From NCBI GenBank assembly GCA_016200485.1, contig JACQEP010000016.1, positions 139,067-203,066 of the forward strand: a DNA stretch of 64,000 nucleotides. Direction: 5' to 3'. This document shows positions 47,770 to 58,553 of this stretch, piece after piece. The notes beneath the pieces are model-generated. The model made no database searches. It worked only from the letters and a program-made list of their open reading frames with translations, and had not been told where the DNA came from. Positions within the stretch are counted from its first letter, which is position 1; each line of letters starts with the position of its first letter. The stretch comes from Gammaproteobacteria bacterium (GTDB lineage: Bacteria; Pseudomonadota; Gammaproteobacteria; Tenderiales; Tenderiaceae). The position numbers and the translations under genes are program-made.

Positions 47770-49092
47770 CTAACTTCGCTTGTTAATATCCACATAATCC
47801 CGCTCGGCCGCACCAACATACAACTGTCGTGGCCGTGCGATCCGCTGGTTGGGATCGGAGATCATTTCCATCCACTGTGCCACCCAGCCTACGGTGCGCG
47901 CAATCGCAAACATCACCGTAAACATATTCACCGGGATACCCAACGCCTTATAAATGATGCCGGAGTAAAAATCGACATTCGGATACAAGGAACGCTCGCG
48001 GAAATAATCGTCCTTGAGCGCAACCTCTTCCAGCCGCATCGCCAGCTCGAATAACGGGTCATTGGCATCGCCCAATTTCTCCAGCACCTCATGGCACATC
48101 TGGCGAATGATCTTGGCGCGCGGATCATAGTTCTTGTAGACGCGATGGCCAAAGCCCATCAATCGAAAACTGTCATTCTTGTCTTTGGCGCGATCAAGAA
48201 ATTTCTGAATGTGTTTCACATCGCCGATTTCTTCCAGCATCCCCAACACTGCCTCATTGGCACCGCCATGGGCGGGCCCCCACAATGCAGCGATACCGGA
48301 TGCCACGCAGGCAAATGGATTGGCCGCCGAACTACCGGCCAGACGAATCGTGGAAGTACTGGCATTTTGTTCATGATCCGCATGCAGAATAAAAATCAAA
48401 TCCAGTGCCCGCTCGGCGATGGGATTGACATAATATTCCTCGCACGGCACTGAAAACATCATATGCAGCAAATTGCCGGTGTAGCTCAGGCTGTTGCGCG
48501 GATAGACAAACGGCTCACCGATGGAATGTTTATAACTCGCCGCCGCAATTGTCGGCATCTTGGCCATTAACCGATGCGCGGCGATTTCACGGTGCCTGGC
48601 ATTTCGAATATCGGTGGAATCATGATAGAACGCCGACAGCGAACCGACGACACCGACCATAATCGCCATTGGATGTGCGTTGTATTGAAAACCTTGATAA
48701 AAACTCCTCAGGCTTTCACGAATCATCGTATGATGAATAATTCCGGTACTGAATGTTGTTAACTGCTCACGGCTCGGCAACTCGCCATACACCAGCAAAT
48801 AGGCCACTTCGAGAAAGGTACTCTTTTCCGCCAGCTGCTCGATGGGATAGCCGCGATACAGCAACTCCCCCTTGTCGCCATCGATATACGTGATCGCGCT
48901 GCGGCAACTGGCGGTCGACATGAATCCGGGGTCGTATGTGACATAACCGAGTTCTTTGTAGAAAGACATGATATCCACCGCGCCTGGACCATGTGTGCCG
49001 CGATGCACAGGCAACTCGATCTGCTTACCTGTGGCGTTATCAATAACAGTTACTGTGTCTTTTTTCGATTCGCTATCTTTGGCCTTTGCCAT
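47770..49092 (-). CDS. gltA: citrate synthase (type II)
   Basis: 440 aa. Motifs GFGHRVYK and [17 protein letters not shown]. Confidence 0.9.
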   Translation of the reverse strand: MAKAKDSESKKDTVTVIDNATGKQIELPVHRGTHGPGAVDIMSFYKELGYVTYDPGFMSTASCRSAITYIDGDKGELLYRGYPIEQLAEKSTFLEVAYLLVYGELPSREQLTTFSTGIIHHTMIRESLRSFYQGFQYNAHPMAIMVGVVGSLSAFYHDSTDIRNARHREIAAHRLMAKMPTIAAASYKHSIGEPFVYPRNSLSYTGNLLHMMFSVPCEEYYVNPIAERALDLIFILHADHEQNASTSTIRLAGSSAANPFACVASGIAALWGPAHGGANEAVLGMLEEIGDVKHIQKFLDRAKDKNDSFRLMGFGHRVYKNYDPRAKIIRQMCHEVLEKLGDANDPLFELAMRLEEVALKDDYFRERSLYPNVDFYSGIIYKALGIPVNMFTVMFAIARTVGWVAQWMEMISDPNQRIARPRQLYVGAAERDYVDINKRS

Positions 49093-49269
49093 ACACGCGT
49101 CCTCAACCAGTAAGTTGTTTCTTCACACTCTAGCGGCCAAACGCCATGCCCGCTTTAATCCAACTGCTTGTTTCCATGTCGCTTTACCTGAAAACAAACC
49201 CCGAAATAGTCTTGTTTTTCCTGGCACTGAGTTATACTGCAAAAAATATTAGCCAATCGCCACCTTAAC

Positions 49270-51051
49270 GTGAAGAAGCTTAATAAGAAACATCAAGCCA
49301 GAATTAATACCCTGTTTCAGCAAGCACAGGGTTATTTTAATTCTGGTTACCTTCAACAAGCACGCTCCGGTTGCACGGACATCTTACAGCTCAACCCGCA
49401 ACACGCAGAAGCACTACATCTGCTGGGGCTTATCTGCCATCGTGCCGGCGACACTCAATCCGCCGTCCAGTTCATCGAGCAGGCCGTAGCCGCCAATCCA
49501 AAATCAGAAGCTTATTTGGGCAATCTCGGCACTATGTACAGCATGCTGGGCAATATCCAGGCCGCCGCCCGGGCCTATGAACGGGCACTGGCCATCGCCC
49601 CCCACTCTGCCGCCATTCACATGAATCTGGGCGTCGTCTATACCCGCGAAGGGCGCTATGACGATGCGATTGAAGCCTACCGTAAAGCTATCGCACTCAA
49701 ACCCGGTTTCGCCGAGGCTCATAACAATCTGGGCATGGATCTGGAACGCAAAGCCTTGTTGAATGAAGCGGCAGCACAATTCCAACTCGCGCTCAAACAC
49801 AATCCACAACTGCAGAATGCGCGTCAAAATCTACTCTTCTTGTTGAGTTATTACTGCCTCTCCACCCCCGAGCAAGTGCTTGAAGAACATCGCCAATGGG
49901 ATCGCATCTACGGCGCACATGGCAGGCAACATCAATTCGCACACTCGCGCCACGGCGACCCCCATAAACGGTTACGCATTGGTTACGTGTCGCCGGATTT
50001 TCGCCGCCACCCGGTCAGCACCTTCATCGAACCCTTACTGGCGAAACATCATCGCGATCAGGTTGAAATCTTTTGTTACGCCGAGGTGTTTGAGCCGGAT
50101 GCAGTCACCAAACACCTGCAATCGCTCGCCGATCACTGGCGCTCAACCATCAATACGCCGGATGAACAAGTCGCGCACATGATTCATGACGACCAAATCG
50201 ACATCCTGATCGATCTTGCCGGCCACACTGCATTCAGTCGGCTCCCGATTTTTACCTACAAACCCGCGCCGATCCAGGCGACGTATTTAGGCTATTGCGC
50301 GACCACTGGTTTGCAGGCGATGGACTATTGGATCACAGATAACGTTCTGCATCCTGACAATACTCATGACTGCGCCAGCGAAACCATCTATCGTCTGCCG
50401 CGCTGCTGGGTGGTTTATCAACCGCCCGCCGGCGCACCTGACATACAACCACGCGCCGCCCACGCACCCCTCACCTTCGGCAGTTTTAACAACACACGCA
50501 AACTGGGTGACGCTGTTATTAGCGCCTGGTGCACGATTCTGAATCGTGTTCCGGGTTCACGCCTATTATTGAAGTCCCGTTATCTCGACCAGCCACATGA
50601 ACGACAATTGATTGCCGAAAAATTCCGGCAGCATGGCATCGCGCCAGATCGACTGCAATTGCAAGGTGCCTCACCGTTTCCCGATTACTTAAATGTCTAC
50701 AACGAGATTGATATTGCGTTGGACACTTTCCCCCGCTCCGGCGGCACCACCGCCGCCGACGCGTTGTGGATGGGATTACCGGTAATTACTTTGGCCGGAC
50801 AGCGTTATGTCGAACGGCTGGCGGCGAGCAAGCTCAGCGCCATAAACCGCAGCGAATGGATCGCCAATACCACGGAAGAATATATCGAGATTGCCGTTTC
50901 ACTGGCGAACAATCCGCAACTGCGTGCTGAACTGCGGCAAACACAACGCGCCGCGATGGCGGCCTCGCCGCTGTGCGATGGTGAAGGTTTGGCGACTGCG
51001 ATGGAAGAGGCTTATCGCACGATGTGGCGGGATTATCTTGAACAACCTTAA
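49270..51051 (+). CDS. TPR-repeat protein with C-terminal O-GlcNAc-transferase-like (GT41/SPINDLY-type) glycosyltransferase domain
   Basis: 593 aa with N-terminal TPR repeats. The C-terminal half resembles GT41. Confidence 0.65.
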   Translation: MKKLNKKHQARINTLFQQAQGYFNSGYLQQARSGCTDILQLNPQHAEALHLLGLICHRAGDTQSAVQFIEQAVAANPKSEAYLGNLGTMYSMLGNIQAAARAYERALAIAPHSAAIHMNLGVVYTREGRYDDAIEAYRKAIALKPGFAEAHNNLGMDLERKALLNEAAAQFQLALKHNPQLQNARQNLLFLLSYYCLSTPEQVLEEHRQWDRIYGAHGRQHQFAHSRHGDPHKRLRIGYVSPDFRRHPVSTFIEPLLAKHHRDQVEIFCYAEVFEPDAVTKHLQSLADHWRSTINTPDEQVAHMIHDDQIDILIDLAGHTAFSRLPIFTYKPAPIQATYLGYCATTGLQAMDYWITDNVLHPDNTHDCASETIYRLPRCWVVYQPPAGAPDIQPRAAHAPLTFGSFNNTRKLGDAVISAWCTILNRVPGSRLLLKSRYLDQPHERQLIAEKFRQHGIAPDRLQLQGASPFPDYLNVYNEIDIALDTFPRSGGTTAADALWMGLPVITLAGQRYVERLAASKLSAINRSEWIANTTEEYIEIAVSLANNPQLRAELRQTQRAAMAASPLCDGEGLATAMEEAYRTMWRDYLEQP

Positions 51052-51060
51052 AACATACTA

Positions 51061-51186
51061 AACCGCGAAGGCCGCAAAGTATACAAAGGAAAAAGCGTCA
51101 ATTGACTGAAGGATGCTACGTAAGTTGTCGTGTAAATGTTTTCTCTTTACTGGCTTTCTTTGCGCTCCTTTGCGCCCTTCGCGGTT
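51061..51186. repeat. long-stem hairpin element E3 (19-bp stem AACCGCGAAGGCCGCAAAG with 1 mismatch, ~88-nt loop)
   Basis: The arms are at 51061-51079 and 51168-51186. Sits between the convergent TPR gene and mdh. Confidence 0.7.
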
Positions 51187-51202
51187 AAAGTTTTTATATT
51201 TT

Positions 51203-52117
51203 CTAACTCAAACTCTCACGCACCTGCGCTGCCGAACGCACCAAGGCGTTTTGTTCCTCTGTCGTTAACGGCAACTCAATCACCCGTTCCACCCCACCCG
51301 CACCCAACACCACCGGCACCCCCATCGCCAGATCGCGACAACCATATTCACCCTCAAGCACGGCAACACAAGGCAGAATACGGCGCCGGTCATGGGCAAT
51401 GGCATCGACCATTTCGGCAATCGCCGCAGCGGGGGCATCATAGGCGCTGGCATTTTGTTTGAGCGCGAGGATTTCGGCGCCGCCCTTGCGTGTGCGCTCG
51501 CAAACGCGCTCCACCGTTGCGGCATCAAGAAAGTGAGTGATGGGAATACCGCTGATCGTACTGTAACGCGGCAACGGTACCATGCCATCGCCGTGACCGC
51601 CGATCACCAGCGCGCGCACGTCTTCGATCGAAAGCTTTGCTTCGGCGGCGATGAAACTCGCCATGCGGGCACTGTCCAGCACACCGGACAAACCCAACAC
51701 CCGCTGCCGCGGCCAGCCCGTGCGCTGCCAGGCAAAGTAGGTCAATGCATCCACCGGATTGGTCACCAGCAGCAGCATGGCCTCCGGTGCATGGTGCAAC
51801 ACGTTGTCCATGATCGAGCCGATGACGGTCTTGTTGACCTGCATCAACTCAGCACGCGACATGCCCGGTTTACGCGGCAAACCGGCAGTAACAATCACCA
51901 GATCGGAACCCGCCATCAGCGCCGGATCGGCACCACCAGTTACACGCGTATCAAATTCGAATTGCGGCGCGCTCTCCTGGATATCGAGTGCGATGCCTTG
52001 CGCCACCTGCGCGTCCGTGCCCAACAATACCAGCTCGCGACACAGCTCTTCTTTGGCAAGATTCTGCGCCGTGGACTCACCGACGCGACCGGGACCCACC
52101 ACTGTGATTTTGCGCAT
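51203..52117 (-). CDS. mdh: malate dehydrogenase (LDH-like family)
   Basis: 304 aa, MRKITVVGPGRVG NAD motif. Confidence 0.85.
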   Translation of the reverse strand: MRKITVVGPGRVGESTAQNLAKEELCRELVLLGTDAQVAQGIALDIQESAPQFEFDTRVTGGADPALMAGSDLVIVTAGLPRKPGMSRAELMQVNKTVIGSIMDNVLHHAPEAMLLLVTNPVDALTYFAWQRTGWPRQRVLGLSGVLDSARMASFIAAEAKLSIEDVRALVIGGHGDGMVPLPRYSTISGIPITHFLDAATVERVCERTRKGGAEILALKQNASAYDAPAAAIAEMVDAIAHDRRRILPCVAVLEGEYGCRDLAMGVPVVLGAGGVERVIELPLTTEEQNALVRSAAQVRESLS

Positions 52118-52156
52118 AGCACACCTCCTTGTATGGCTTTTTAGTAAACCCTCCGA

Positions 52157-52280
52157 ACCACAGAGGCGCAGAGTACACAGAGAATAAACATTCTGTATAG
52201 CGCTGATGTGCGCAGGCAGCGGGTGAGCGCAGCGCTAAAATGACATTATGACTTCCTCTGTGCTCTCTGCGCCTCTGTGG
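52157..52280. repeat. long-stem hairpin element E4 (26-bp stem ACCACAGAGGCGCAGAGTACACAGAG, 24/26 paired, ~72-nt loop)
   Basis: The arms are at 52157-52182 and 52255-52280. Sits between mdh and the malic enzyme gene. Confidence 0.75.
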
Positions 52281-52296
52281 TAAGGTTTTTAGGATT

Positions 52297-53547
52297 TCAG
52301 ATTTTTGTCTTATAGTGCGCCGGATACGGCAGACTCGCCACCCCCGTCTCCACCGCTGCACGCGCCACTGCCGCCGGTACGTGATCGATCAGGCGCGCGT
52401 CAAAGGGCTTGGGAATGATGTAATCGGGCCCGAACGCCAGATGATCGAGCTTGTAAGCGGCCAGCACTTCGCGCGGCACGGGTTCTTTGGCCAACGCGCT
52501 CAACGCATGCACGGCACCGATTTGCATCTCGATGTTGATGCGCGTGGCGCGCACGTCCAGCGCACCGCGGAAAATATAAGGAAAACCCAGCACGTTATTC
52601 ACCTGATTGGGATAATCGCTGCGGCCCGTGGCCATGATCATATCCTTACGCACCTGGCACGCCAGCTCCGGACTAATCTCGGGATCGGGATTGGAGAGCG
52701 CGAACACCACCGGCTTCGGCGCCATCACCTGCAACATCTCCGGCGCCACCAGATTCGGGCCTGAAACGCCGACAAATACATCCGCGTCCTGCATCGCATC
52801 CGCCAGCGTGCGCTTGGTCGTATCCAGCGCGAACTGACTCTTCCAGATATTAAGATCGTCGCGGCCGCTGTGTATCACGCCACGCCGGTCGACCAGATAG
52901 ATGTGTTCTTTTTTCGCGCCCAGCGCCACCAATAACCGCATCGAGGCGATGCCCGCGGCACCTGCGCCCAGACAAACGATGCGCGCCGAGGCCAGCGTCT
53001 TGCCCTGCAACTCCAGCGCGTTGAGCAAGCCAGCGGCGACGATAATCGCCGTGCCGTGCTGATCGTCGTGAAAGACGGGAATATCGAGACGCTCGATCAA
53101 TGCATCTTCAATCGTGAAACAATGCGGCGCGGCGATGTCTTCGAGATTAATGCCGCCGAAGGTCGGCGCAATGTTGGCGACGGTTTCGATAAAAGTGGCG
53201 GGATCCTGCGTGCCGACTTCGATATCGAACACATCGATATCAGCAAACTTCTTGAACAGCACGCCCTTGCCTTCCATCACCGGCTTGCCGGCCAGCGCGC
53301 CGACATTGCCCAGACCCAGCACCGCACTGCCATCAGTAATCACCGCCACCAGGTTGCCCTTGCCGGTATAGCGATAGGCGGCCTCCGGATCGGCATCAAT
53401 CTCACGCACCGGCGCAGCGACGCCCGGGGTGTATGCGAGCGAGAGATCGACTTGCGTGGCACAGGGCTTGGTAATCGCCGTCCCGATTTTCCCGGGCTTG
53501 GGATGCTCGTGATACTTGAGGGCGCGTTGCTTGAGGTCATCGCTCAT
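52297..53547 (-). CDS. NAD(P)-dependent malic enzyme (short form, no PTA domain)
   Basis: 416 aa, malic-enzyme N-terminal and NAD-binding domains. Confidence 0.8.
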   Translation of the reverse strand: MSDDLKQRALKYHEHPKPGKIGTAITKPCATQVDLSLAYTPGVAAPVREIDADPEAAYRYTGKGNLVAVITDGSAVLGLGNVGALAGKPVMEGKGVLFKKFADIDVFDIEVGTQDPATFIETVANIAPTFGGINLEDIAAPHCFTIEDALIERLDIPVFHDDQHGTAIIVAAGLLNALELQGKTLASARIVCLGAGAAGIASMRLLVALGAKKEHIYLVDRRGVIHSGRDDLNIWKSQFALDTTKRTLADAMQDADVFVGVSGPNLVAPEMLQVMAPKPVVFALSNPDPEISPELACQVRKDMIMATGRSDYPNQVNNVLGFPYIFRGALDVRATRINIEMQIGAVHALSALAKEPVPREVLAAYKLDHLAFGPDYIIPKPFDARLIDHVPAAVARAAVETGVASLPYPAHYKTKI

Positions 53548-53656
53548 ATCATTAATCCAGTTATGTAGTTGCAGGGATCGATAACATACATTTTACCCGA
53601 CGATCGTAGTCTTGGCGCTACTACTTGATTTGCAGGCAGATAATGCCTGTCACCTG

Positions 53657-53684
53657 TAGGGGCGATTCATGAATCGCCCCTACG
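53657..53684. repeat. REP-like perfect 28-bp palindrome GTAGGGGCGATTCATGAATCGCCCCTAC
   Basis: Lies between the malic enzyme and MFS genes. Confidence 0.8.
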
Positions 53685-53685
53685 T

Positions 53686-54885
53686 TTAATGCGATACCGC
53701 CTCCGCCGCCGGAATCCGCCACCACAAGACCAGTGACGTCACCAACAACGCCAGCTGCCCCAACGCCATATGGCTCGGCGCGAGGCTCAACAATGGCACC
53801 GCCAAGCTCGCAATCAGCGCATTGACCATCATTTGCACAAAACCCTGCAACGCCGACGCTGTACCACGATGATGGGGAAAACAGTCCAGCGACAACACCG
53901 TCATCGCCGGCATCGCCAATCCGATGCCACAGGCAAACAACACCAGCGGCGCCACCGAGGTGACGACCATCGGCAACAGCCACAGCGATTGCGCCACATT
54001 CAATACCGTACCCACCGTCATCAACGTCAACGCCAGTTTCACCGTCCGCTCCGGCGGCCAGCGATGAGCCAGCCGCGCGCTCAACCCAGAACCGGAGATC
54101 ATGCCCATCACCATCGGCACGAACATCAGACCAAAATCGCCGCTTTGCAGATGCAAAAAATCAAAGATCAGCGTCGGCGCCCCAGCAATATAAAGAAACA
54201 TACCGCCGAAATAGCCGCTCACAATAAACACCAGTGACAAAAAACGGCGATGCACCAACGCGCGGCCGTAAACACGGGCCACATTCACTGGATGAAAGGA
54301 TTGGCGCAAGGCTGGGGCCAGCGTCTCCGGAATTCGCAACAACACTAGCAAAAACACCAGGCCGCTATAAATCGCTAGGAAATAAAACACACTGTGCCAG
54401 CCAAAGGCATCGTGCAACCAACCGCCAATCACCGGCGCTATCGCTGGCGCCAGCGCAAACAGCATCATCACCTGCGACATCGCCCGCTGCGCATCCTGCG
54501 GATTGTAAACATCGCGGATCATCGCCCGCCCCGCCACCAAGCCACCCCCGGCCGCCACCCCCTGCAACAGGCGATAGAACAAAAAGCTGCCATAGTCCGC
54601 CGCCATGGCGCAGCCGACCGACGCTGCAATATAAAACAACAACGACCCCAGAATCACTCGCCGCCGTCCCAATCGGTCCGCCAACGGCCCCAACACCAGC
54701 GTCGAAATCGCAAACGCCGCCAGATAAAACGCCAGACTCTGCGACAACAACGCCCGGCTCACCCCAAACTCCGCCTCAATCTCGGGGAAGGAAGGCAAAT
54801 AGGTATCGATGGTAAACGGTCCGATCATCGACGTCACCGCGACGATCAGCGTCAGTCCTTTGGGTGGGGGGATTTTATGGGGCAC
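53686..54885 (-). CDS. MFS transporter (Bcr/CflA-like drug efflux family)
   Basis: 399 aa, 12 predicted TM helices, MFS motif GPLADRLGRRRV. Confidence 0.7.
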   Translation of the reverse strand: MPHKIPPPKGLTLIVAVTSMIGPFTIDTYLPSFPEIEAEFGVSRALLSQSLAFYLAAFAISTLVLGPLADRLGRRRVILGSLLFYIAASVGCAMAADYGSFLFYRLLQGVAAGGGLVAGRAMIRDVYNPQDAQRAMSQVMMLFALAPAIAPVIGGWLHDAFGWHSVFYFLAIYSGLVFLLVLLRIPETLAPALRQSFHPVNVARVYGRALVHRRFLSLVFIVSGYFGGMFLYIAGAPTLIFDFLHLQSGDFGLMFVPMVMGMISGSGLSARLAHRWPPERTVKLALTLMTVGTVLNVAQSLWLLPMVVTSVAPLVLFACGIGLAMPAMTVLSLDCFPHHRGTASALQGFVQMMVNALIASLAVPLLSLAPSHMALGQLALLVTSLVLWWRIPAAEAVSH

Positions 54886-54951
54886 TTAGTTTCGCTTATT
54901 AAAAAACGCCCTCCCTCTGAGGGAGAAAGGACTCATTTTTTCAACAAGTGG

Positions 54952-55263
54952 CTAATGATGAGGCGCATGGGCCGCATCGGGTTTCACTTCGATTTTCAAC
55001 CCAAGACCGTGCATCAGCTTAACGAAACTGGAGAGCTTGGGATTGCCTTTGCTTGAGAGCATTTTATACATGCTCTCACGGCCAAGAGAGGTTCGCTCTG
55101 CCAAGCCGCTAATCCCATCTTCTTGCGCCTCCGCAATATTACGCAGCGCCATCAGAACGACGGCGGGATCGTCACTTTCCAGCGCCTCGTTTAGATATTC
55201 ACAGGCAACATCCAGGTCTTTCAACATCTCATTATGTGTTTGCCGAACGTTTCGGGTCGCCAT
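54952..55263 (-). CDS. HTH-type antitoxin (addiction-module antidote, HigA/TIGR02684-like)
   Basis: Start placed at the internal Met (ATG 55263), which has a GAGGTG Shine-Dalgarno. Sits 10 bp after the toxin stop. Confidence 0.6.
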   Translation of the reverse strand: MATRNVRQTHNEMLKDLDVACEYLNEALESDDPAVVLMALRNIAEAQEDGISGLAERTSLGRESMYKMLSSKGNPKLSSFVKLMHGLGLKIEVKPDAAHAPHH

Positions 55264-55273
55264 CGTTTTCACC

Positions 55274-55603
55274 TCACTTGTTACTTTTGTGCGCTGACCA
55301 ATACGTAAGCGCACGTTTAATATCCTTCTTTTGGCTGGACTTATCGCCACCACACAACAGCAAATAGATATTCACACCATCTTTCGCATAGTAGACGCGA
55401 TAACCGGGGCCGTAATGAATGCGCAATTCGCTCACACCTTCCCCCACTGGCTTGGAGTCGCCAAACAGTCCCAGCTCCATCCGGTCCACTTGCATGATGA
55501 CCTTCGCCTTGGCGCGTGGATCATTCAGCGCTGCCAACCAACCGCCGTAGGGCGAATGGCCCTCATCGTCCAAATATTCGTGGATGATATTTATTATCGG
55601 CAT
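55274..55603 (-). CDS. RelE/ParE-superfamily toxin (addiction-module killer protein, TIGR02683-like)
   Basis: 109 aa. The pattern VSELRIHYGPGYRVYY...IYLLLCGGDKSSQKKDIKRA is typical of this killer family. The toxin gene precedes the antitoxin gene. Confidence 0.65.
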   Translation of the reverse strand: MPIINIIHEYLDDEGHSPYGGWLAALNDPRAKAKVIMQVDRMELGLFGDSKPVGEGVSELRIHYGPGYRVYYAKDGVNIYLLLCGGDKSSQKKDIKRALTYWSAHKSNK

Positions 55604-55610
55604 ATCACAT

Positions 55611-55628
55611 TGTATCCTTTAGGATACA
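55611..55628. promoter_or_regulatory. 18-bp palindrome TGTATCCTTTAGGATACA immediately upstream of the toxin start, putative TA operator
   Basis: Near-perfect inverted repeat that ends 8 bp before the start codon at 55603. Confidence 0.45.
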
Positions 55629-55983
55629 TGAAGTGCAAACCCGCGCTTGACTGCAATAATGCTTACAAAGCATATACATGTAACGATTACCCGCCTCGGC
55701 GAAGGGATAGGGATGATATGTAGAGTAATGAAGTTTGTGTGGAATGTCAGTCGCCATATTTTTCAGAGACTTACCCTGCCACGCAATATTAGCGCGGGCT
55801 AATTTGTCAAAAAGAAGAAATGCAAACATAATCGATTTGCAAAACAAAACAGTGGAGATGGTGCGTGAAATACGCCGTCGGGTGTTCGTTATCGTTGCTA
55901 CAAGATAAGGTGCGAGCAGAACCGCCTAGGTTACGAAATTTAAAGGGTTTTGACCCTGAGGTCTGGTGAGCGACCGACCATAA

Positions 55984-56408
55984 CGGCGGAAGACGCTGCG
56001 CTTTCCGCCCTACGCGCTTCGACATCCAGACGCCAAACGAACCCGGCATCTATCCCTTCCAGTGGCGCATGCAGCAAAAACAGATGGGATTATTCGGTGC
56101 AACGAGTCCGTTGTTGAAGATTGAGGTGAAGAGGGGCGGGAAGTAACTGTACGGGTGATGATGGAGTAGGGTGCAATAAGGCGGTAGCCGCGTTGCATCG
56201 GAGGGTGGTTCATGCGGCGCAAACGCGTAAGGCGTAACGGTAGGGCGGAAAAGCGTAGCGCCTTCCGCCGCATGAAGTTGCATAAATGAATCCCATCATG
56301 CCAAATGATTATTGGAACTGTCGAGCCCAAGAAAAACCTCGCACCTTCGCCTCAAATGGGCCTGAAGAGAACATACGGCGGAAGGCGCTACGCTTTTCCG
56401 CCCTACCT
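55984..56408. repeat. cluster of three copies of a ~33-bp hairpin repeat CGGCGGAAGGCGCTACGCTTTTCCGCCCTAC
   Basis: Copies at 55984-56013 (+), 56240-56272 (inverted) and 56375-56408 (+). The last two are near-identical. The cluster sits inside a 1.5-kb stretch that lacks convincing ORFs. Confidence 0.75.
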
Positions 56409-57115
56409 AAAGAGACTACATCTGCCTTACAAGCAGGGATCCGTCGCCGGTTCTGACGCTGAGCCAAATGTTTGTGTGATCGAATTACCTTGAATGATTT
56501 GAACAATCTGTGACAAACCAAAGGTAATACTGAAAAACTGGCAAAACGAGTTGGGATCGGTCGTCGGCGCACCCTACATAGTAAGCGTAGCCTGGGTTGA
56601 GCGTTTTTTGCGAAACCCGGGTTATTGATGGCTACAACTGTACACCCTGAGTTTCACTTCGTGAAGCCCAGGGTGCACAAGCCAAACATCCTGCATCTTG
56701 ATGTCCTAAGTAGGTATTTACTCAGCTTATGAGTGGTGTCGAAATCGTGATGCTGCGTGTTTGGCGCGGCGTTGGCCATTATGAAAACATGGGCATCGTT
56801 GGTGGCAGTATTTGCTAGTTGAGAGCGATGACTTGAATGTAACCCTAAGTTGTCCATTTTCATTGCCAGTGAAATATTGCTGATAGCAATTTTGGTGATC
56901 GCGTCTAATATGATGTCATGTTCCTTGGTATGTAGAAGCGAAAGGTCAGCGTTTGCATTTGTTTGTCTTGTTGATAATTGCCAAGGTAATGGGGGGTCAT
57001 GCCGTGGCATCAGCGGGCTATTAACGGGGAGTAGTCACTTTATTTGGTTTGTCCGGCATGAGTAAGAAACGAAGGGAATTTGGACGGACGGTTAGAATAA
57101 TCAAGGAGAAATAAC

Positions 57116-57823
57116 ATGTTCGGTTTTCAAGAAAATTATCGCATGTTCTTTAGATTAATCGGAGTTTTGCTGGCGCTTTCTGCCTATGCGGGGGTTGGTG
57201 AGGCGAGCCCGGTGTGGGAACTGGTGCCGGCGAAAGGCAAAGTTGTGTTCTGGTGGACTGAGGAAAGTGCTGCAATTACGCTTCCAGAAGAAAGGCAAAA
57301 TAATACTAATGAGGCGAAGTGGGAAAAATTTGAAAATCCTCCAGCCAACGCAACGGATTGGCGACAGTGGACGGAAGATAAAGACGGCAAGCGCTCCGAC
57401 GTGATCGGAGGGAATATCAAGAAAACCAATCCATGGAATTGGGAGCCACTTGACACTCTGCCTGCTGTGGACTGGCGGATTCCAGACCTCTTTGCGGTAG
57501 AACCGAACTTGCAGACGCTCTATACGGCAGTAAATCTTGATTTGTATTTGGCTAACAATCCATGGCCATTATTGTCGATTGGCGACCTATTATCGATCGC
57601 TGACGGCAAAATATCCGGTCTGCAAGGTATTTATTTGAGTTCGACTGAATTTACGTTTGATCCAAACTCTGAAAACGGGTTTGTGGGAACCGCGTTTAAT
57701 GGCTTGGCGCGAGCTGGTGCTTTTCACAGCAGCGTGCCGGAACCGACGGCAATCTCGTTGCTTGGATTAGGGCTGGCATGCTTGCCTGTGTTCAAGAGAG
57801 TTCGCAGCGCCAAGACGGGCTGA
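57116..57823 (+). CDS. PEP-CTERM sorting-domain secreted protein
   Basis: 235 aa with a signal peptide. The C-terminus VPEPTAISLLGLGLACLPVFKRVRSAKTG is a PEP motif, TM and basic tail. Shine-Dalgarno AAGGAG. Confidence 0.7.
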   Translation: MFGFQENYRMFFRLIGVLLALSAYAGVGEASPVWELVPAKGKVVFWWTEESAAITLPEERQNNTNEAKWEKFENPPANATDWRQWTEDKDGKRSDVIGGNIKKTNPWNWEPLDTLPAVDWRIPDLFAVEPNLQTLYTAVNLDLYLANNPWPLLSIGDLLSIADGKISGLQGIYLSSTEFTFDPNSENGFVGTAFNGLARAGAFHSSVPEPTAISLLGLGLACLPVFKRVRSAKTG

Positions 57824-57989
57824 CATACTGCTCTGACAATTAACCCTAATTTGAAGAACACAAGTTTTTCAACGCGCCTAAGACGTAATGGCAGAGCGCC
57901 AATAGGCGAAGCCGTATTGCGCCGGATGGAAGCGCAACGCGTTTGTGAAAACTTAAACTACCGTAGCTAAGACGCTACTGGCCCAAAAG

Positions 57990-58091
57990 TTATTTTGATT
58001 CATTCTTGTTTTTCTTCGCCGCTTTTTTCTCTTTTGGAGTCATGGCGGGCTTCTTTTTACTCTCTTTATTACTTTTTTGTTCCTTGCCCAT
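57990..58091 (-). CDS. small Lys-rich basic protein, 33 aa (MGKEQKSNKESKKKPAMTPKEKKAAKKNKNESK)
   Basis: Found manually; too short for the supplied ORF track. An AGGAG Shine-Dalgarno lies 7 nt upstream of the ATG. The composition is strongly biased and not like random sequence. Confidence 0.35.
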   Translation of the reverse strand: MGKEQKSNKESKKKPAMTPKEKKAAKKNKNESK

Positions 58092-58448
58092 GGCGCTCAC
58101 TCCTAATAATGAATGGGAAATCTTCGGGTTAGTTATTACAACTCAGTTTAACGGAACCGACAATGATTTTCTGACAACACTGCACAAGATACTGAGATAG
58201 AAAGGGAAGTGATCCCTCCGTCGGTAACTACGGAGTATTTCGCCGTCTGGCATGAGATGAGCCAGCGCTGGCGAAAATAGCAGACGCCAATCCACAATAC
58301 CATGAATATAGACACTGGGTTCCACTCTTTTCGGCAACCCAGACAAGTAGGGTGCGCATAGCGCACCCTACATCTTGGACTTTATGACATATGCTTTCCG
58401 GTGGTGAGTTAAAAATAAATGGGGGCGCAACACCACAACGGGATCAGT

Positions 58449-58481
58449 TCCAACATTCCAACATTAATCTCCCATTGCACT
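58449..58481. repeat. 33-bp direct repeat, copy 1 (TCCAACATTCCAACATTAATCTCCCATTGCACT)
   Basis: 30 of 33 positions match 60036-60068. Lies just past the 3' end of the corC-like gene. Confidence 0.75.
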
Positions 58482-58553
58482 AACGCGTAAGACGTAATGG
58501 CAGGGCTCAAAAGCTCAATCCATTTTGATCGCTCGGCAATCACTCAGTTGCGT

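Noticed and set aside
55605-56330. Three consecutive overlapping minus-strand ORFs (80, 80 and 106 aa) that might be a frameshifted pseudogene
   Set aside because: None of the translations shows any recognisable family signature, and the region is dominated by hairpin repeats. It is treated as non-coding or unknown rather than called as a pseudogene.
55984-56408. CRISPR array
   Set aside because: The three repeat copies are irregularly spaced (~225 and ~100 bp apart), one is inverted, and no cas genes are present.
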